A stretch of 24,000 nucleotides of DNA from Angelakisella sp. GTDB lineage: Bacteria > Bacillota > Clostridia > Oscillospirales > Ruminococcaceae. The position numbers and the translations under genes are program-made. Shown piece by piece: positions 21,813 to 24,000 of this stretch. A model generated the notes under the pieces. That model had not been told where the DNA came from and ran no database searches. It saw nothing but the letters and a program-made list of their open reading frames with translations. Position 1 is the first letter of the stretch. The number at the start of each line of letters is the position of its first letter. The stretch covers positions 7,333-31,332 of the forward strand of contig JAHHTQ010000001.1 of the NCBI GenBank assembly GCA_020024555.1, given 5' to 3'.

Positions 21813-21910
21813 ATTTTTACCTCTTTGTATTAAAATATTATAATGTATACACATTACATAATTATTATTTACAATAAAATAAATATAATACAATGTTAAT
21901 ATTTATTTTG

Positions 21911-21938
21911 TTGTAACTTTTGTTTTTTGTGGTATAAT
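21911..21938 (+). promoter_or_regulatory. Candidate extended -10 promoter of lgt-folD
   Basis: TTGTAA (21911-21916), 16-nt spacer ending in TGG, then TATAAT (21933-21938). Confidence 0.5.
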
Positions 21939-22023
21939 ATTTCTTGTTATTTGCTAAATTTATAAAAATTTAGCGTGCGCTATAATTTTATACAAAAAAT
22001 ATAAATACGGAGAAGTGAAAAAA

Positions 22024-23184
22024 ATGACACAAGTTTTACAATTTCCAAAGTTAGGTTGGGAGTTCAATCTAAATCGTGTAGCTTTTAATATTGCGGGTAT
22101 TGACGTATATTGGTATGGCATAACATTTGCGCTTGCGTTTGTTGTTGGGCTTATATATTTTATCAGACGCGCAGAAAGAGTTGGCATACATTCAGATGAC
22201 GCGCTTGATGCGGCGCTATGGGCAGTAGTCGGTGGTGTAATCGGCGCTAGGGCATATTTTGTTATTTTTCAGTGGGAAGCGCTGTACAAAGATAATCCAT
22301 GGAAAATTTTTGCATTTCGTGAAGGTGGACTTGCAATTTACGGTGGCGTAATCGGCGCTATACTTTTAGGCTATATTGTTACAAGAATAAAGAAGATACC
22401 GCTGCTTCCGTTACTTGATATTGGACTTCCTGCATTGCTTATGGGACAGGCAATCGGCAGATGGGGCAATTTCTTTAATATGGAGGCGTTTGGCACAAAT
22501 ACAAATTTACCATGGGGTATGACATCAAAAACAATAGCCGCTTATTTACAAAGACCTGATGTTATTGCGCAGTTAGAAAAATTGGGACAGACAGTAGATC
22601 CTAATATGCCTGTACACCCTACGTTTTTCTATGAATTTGTATGGAATTTAATTGGATTTTTAATTCTTGCCTATGTGTTTACTCCAAGAAGAAAATATGA
22701 CGGTGAAATTGCTCTGGGATATCTTGCATGGTATGGACTGGGCAGAATGTTTATCGAGGGATTACGTACGGACAGTCTTGTTACGGAAATGCCGTGGGGT
22801 ATGATAAGGGTTTCTCAATATTTGGGTGGTATACTGTTTGTAGGCGGTACAGTAGCGCTCGTTTATTTGCACTTTGTATTAAAGAAAAAAGAATATCCGT
22901 TATATGTTACAACAGACAAATCCAAACAAAGAATAGAATTTAAAAAATCACAAATGCAAAATAAACAAGATAAACATAATAAAAGAACCGCATCAACCGT
23001 AAGAAATACAACAGATGCTGTCGGAACTGCTTTGCTTGTAGACAATATAAATGATAAAATAATACTGACAGAAGATACGGACACAGATGATAATGCAGAT
23101 GACAGCTCAGACTGTGATAATGATTGTGACTGTGGCGGTGACTGTGATTGTGACAGTGATTGTGACTGTGGCAGTGATGATTAA
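22024..23184 (+). CDS. lgt: Prolipoprotein diacylglyceryl transferase Lgt with ~100-aa acidic/Cys-rich C-terminal extension
   Basis: Matches B. subtilis Lgt from memory: VYWYGITFALAF, LAIYGGVIGA, LMGQAIGRWGNFFNMEAFG, HPTFFYEFVWN, GRMFIEGLRTDSL. The track start at 22015 is a GTG only 2 nt after GGAG; the ATG at 22024 is better spaced. The body ends near residue 290, and the tail runs to ...DSSDCDNDCDCGGDCDCDSDCDCGSDD. Confidence 0.92.
   Translation: MTQVLQFPKLGWEFNLNRVAFNIAGIDVYWYGITFALAFVVGLIYFIRRAERVGIHSDDALDAALWAVVGGVIGARAYFVIFQWEALYKDNPWKIFAFREGGLAIYGGVIGAILLGYIVTRIKKIPLLPLLDIGLPALLMGQAIGRWGNFFNMEAFGTNTNLPWGMTSKTIAAYLQRPDVIAQLEKLGQTVDPNMPVHPTFFYEFVWNLIGFLILAYVFTPRRKYDGEIALGYLAWYGLGRMFIEGLRTDSLVTEMPWGMIRVSQYLGGILFVGGTVALVYLHFVLKKKEYPLYVTTDKSKQRIEFKKSQMQNKQDKHNKRTASTVRNTTDAVGTALLVDNINDKIILTEDTDTDDNADDSSDCDNDCDCGGDCDCDSDCDCGSDD
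23101..23181 (+). repeat. Imperfect GAY-TGT hexanucleotide repeat encoding an (Asp-Cys)n tract
   Basis: gac agc tca gac tgt gat aat gat tgt gac tgt ggc ggt gac tgt gat tgt gac agt gat tgt gac tgt ggc agt gat gat. There are 7 Cys, each preceded by Asp, in the last 27 codons of lgt. Confidence 0.9.
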
Positions 23185-23204
23185 TTCAAAAAAGAGGTGA
23201 AATT

Positions 23205-24000
23205 TTGGCGCAAATAATAGATGGAAATTTGGTTGCAAAGCAAATTAGAGAAAATTTAAAAGAAAAAGTAGAGTTCTTAAAAAGCAGCGGAGAACAAATA
23301 TCGCTTGCGGTAATAATTGTAGGCGACAATAATCCATCAGCGGTTTATGTTAAAAACAAACGTAAAGATTGCGAGGAGATAGGCATTTTCAGCGCAGAAT
23401 ATGCGCTACCCGAAAATACAACGGAAGAAGAACTTTTGGATTTAATTTATACGCTCAATAATGATGATAAAATAAACGGTATATTGGTTCAGTTGCCATT
23501 GCCAAAACACATTAGTGAAGAAAAGATTTTAAAAAGCGTTAATCCGCTCAAAGATGTAGATGCCTTTCACCCTCAAAACGTAGGCAGAATAATGCTTGGC
23601 GACTATTTGTTTTTACCGTGCACACCGTCCGGTATAATGGATTTGCTCCAATACTATAATATAAATTGTGAAGGCAAAAGCTGTGTTGTTATCGGTAGAA
23701 GTAATATTGTAGGTAAACCTATGGCTATGCTTATGCTGCAAAATAATGCAACAGTGACAATATGCCACAGCAAAACCGAAAATTTATCGGAATATACAAA
23801 AAAAGCAGATATACTCATAGTGGCTATCGGTAAGGCAAAATATATTAAAAGCGATATGATAAAGGAAAATGCCGTTATAATAGATGTCGGTATGAATAGG
23901 GACGAAAACGGAAAACTTTGCGGAGATGTTGATTTTGATGATGTAAAAGAAAAATGTTCATTTATTACACCGGTACCGGGTGGTGTTGGACCTATGACAA
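23205..24000 (+). CDS. folD: Bifunctional 5,10-methylenetetrahydrofolate dehydrogenase/cyclohydrolase FolD (3' end beyond window)
   Basis: Absent from the ORF track because it has no stop in the window. TTG start at 23205 lies 5 nt after AGAGGTG. Translation: AQIIDGNLVAKQIRENLK...LAVIIVGDNNPSAVYVKNKRKDCEEIGI...INGILVQLPLPKHI...DVDAFHP.NVG...PCTP.G...GKSCVVIGRSNIVGKPMAMLML..NATVTICHSKT...ITPVPGGVGPMT, a canonical FolD sequence. Confidence 0.92.
   Translation, partial: MAQIIDGNLVAKQIRENLKEKVEFLKSSGEQISLAVIIVGDNNPSAVYVKNKRKDCEEIGIFSAEYALPENTTEEELLDLIYTLNNDDKINGILVQLPLPKHISEEKILKSVNPLKDVDAFHPQNVGRIMLGDYLFLPCTPSGIMDLLQYYNINCEGKSCVVIGRSNIVGKPMAMLMLQNNATVTICHSKTENLSEYTKKADILIVAIGKAKYIKSDMIKENAVIIDVGMNRDENGKLCGDVDFDDVKEKCSFITPVPGGVGPMT

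Noticed and set aside
21498-21843. Plus-strand ORFs 21498-21692 and 21601-21843.
   Set aside because: They are shadow frames of the minus-strand DUF1540 gene. That gene has the SD, the terminator and the recognisable Cys pattern.
1-24000. Looked for CRISPR arrays, IS or transposase genes, integrases, tRNA/rRNA genes, and long direct or inverted repeats marking a mobile island.
   Set aside because: None were seen. The only repeated DNA is the 31-nt hairpin pair at 9168 and 9384 and short tandem hexamers. Composition looks uniform by eye across the window.

Overview
AT-rich (about one-third GC by eye, not computed), densely coding chromosomal segment of a low-GC Firmicute, probably a gut Clostridia-type organism. 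I saw no tRNA, rRNA, CRISPR array, IS element or prophage. Layout: (1) 1-9087, a divergent AraC regulator plus a galacto-/lacto-N-biose (GNB/LNB) locus: lipoprotein SBP, two permeases, a 58-aa membrane peptide, GH112 phosphorylase, an NTP-transferase and the N-acetylhexosamine 1-kinase NahK. (2) 9088-9614, a long intergenic region with a duplicated 31-nt hairpin flanking a GC-rich, multi-hairpin candidate RNA. (3) 9615-14574, pcrA followed co-directionally by a sugar O-acetyltransferase, a ThyX-fold protein that has lost the ThyX RHR/Ser signature, a eukaryote/poxvirus-like (type I) thymidylate-kinase paralog and a half-length DUF2156/GNAT-like protein, all ending at one terminator. (4) 14902-16015, an MTA/SAH-nucleosidase-family protein and an orphan 3-TM protein. 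(5) 16067-18342, minus strand, a PadR / HAAS-type membrane sensor / toastrack (DUF4097) module with a long leader carrying a consensus promoter, a 10-bp perfect inverted repeat and an SD-ATG-AAA-TAA mini-ORF. (6) FMN riboswitch plus ribU. (7) A GntR(YtrA-like)-ABC ATPase-ABC-2 permease operon. (8) A tandem-DUF1540 cysteine-rich protein divergent from lgt; this Lgt carries a ~100-aa C-terminal extension ending in an Asp-Cys repeat. (9) folD, partial. Best candidates for something undescribed are the degenerate ThyX-like / type-I Tmk-like / half-DUF2156 cassette, the GC-rich structured RNA candidate at 9242-9422, the PadR-HAAS-toastrack module with its unusual leader, and the (Asp-Cys)n tail on Lgt. 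All functional calls rest on by-eye motif and homology recognition; no searches were run.
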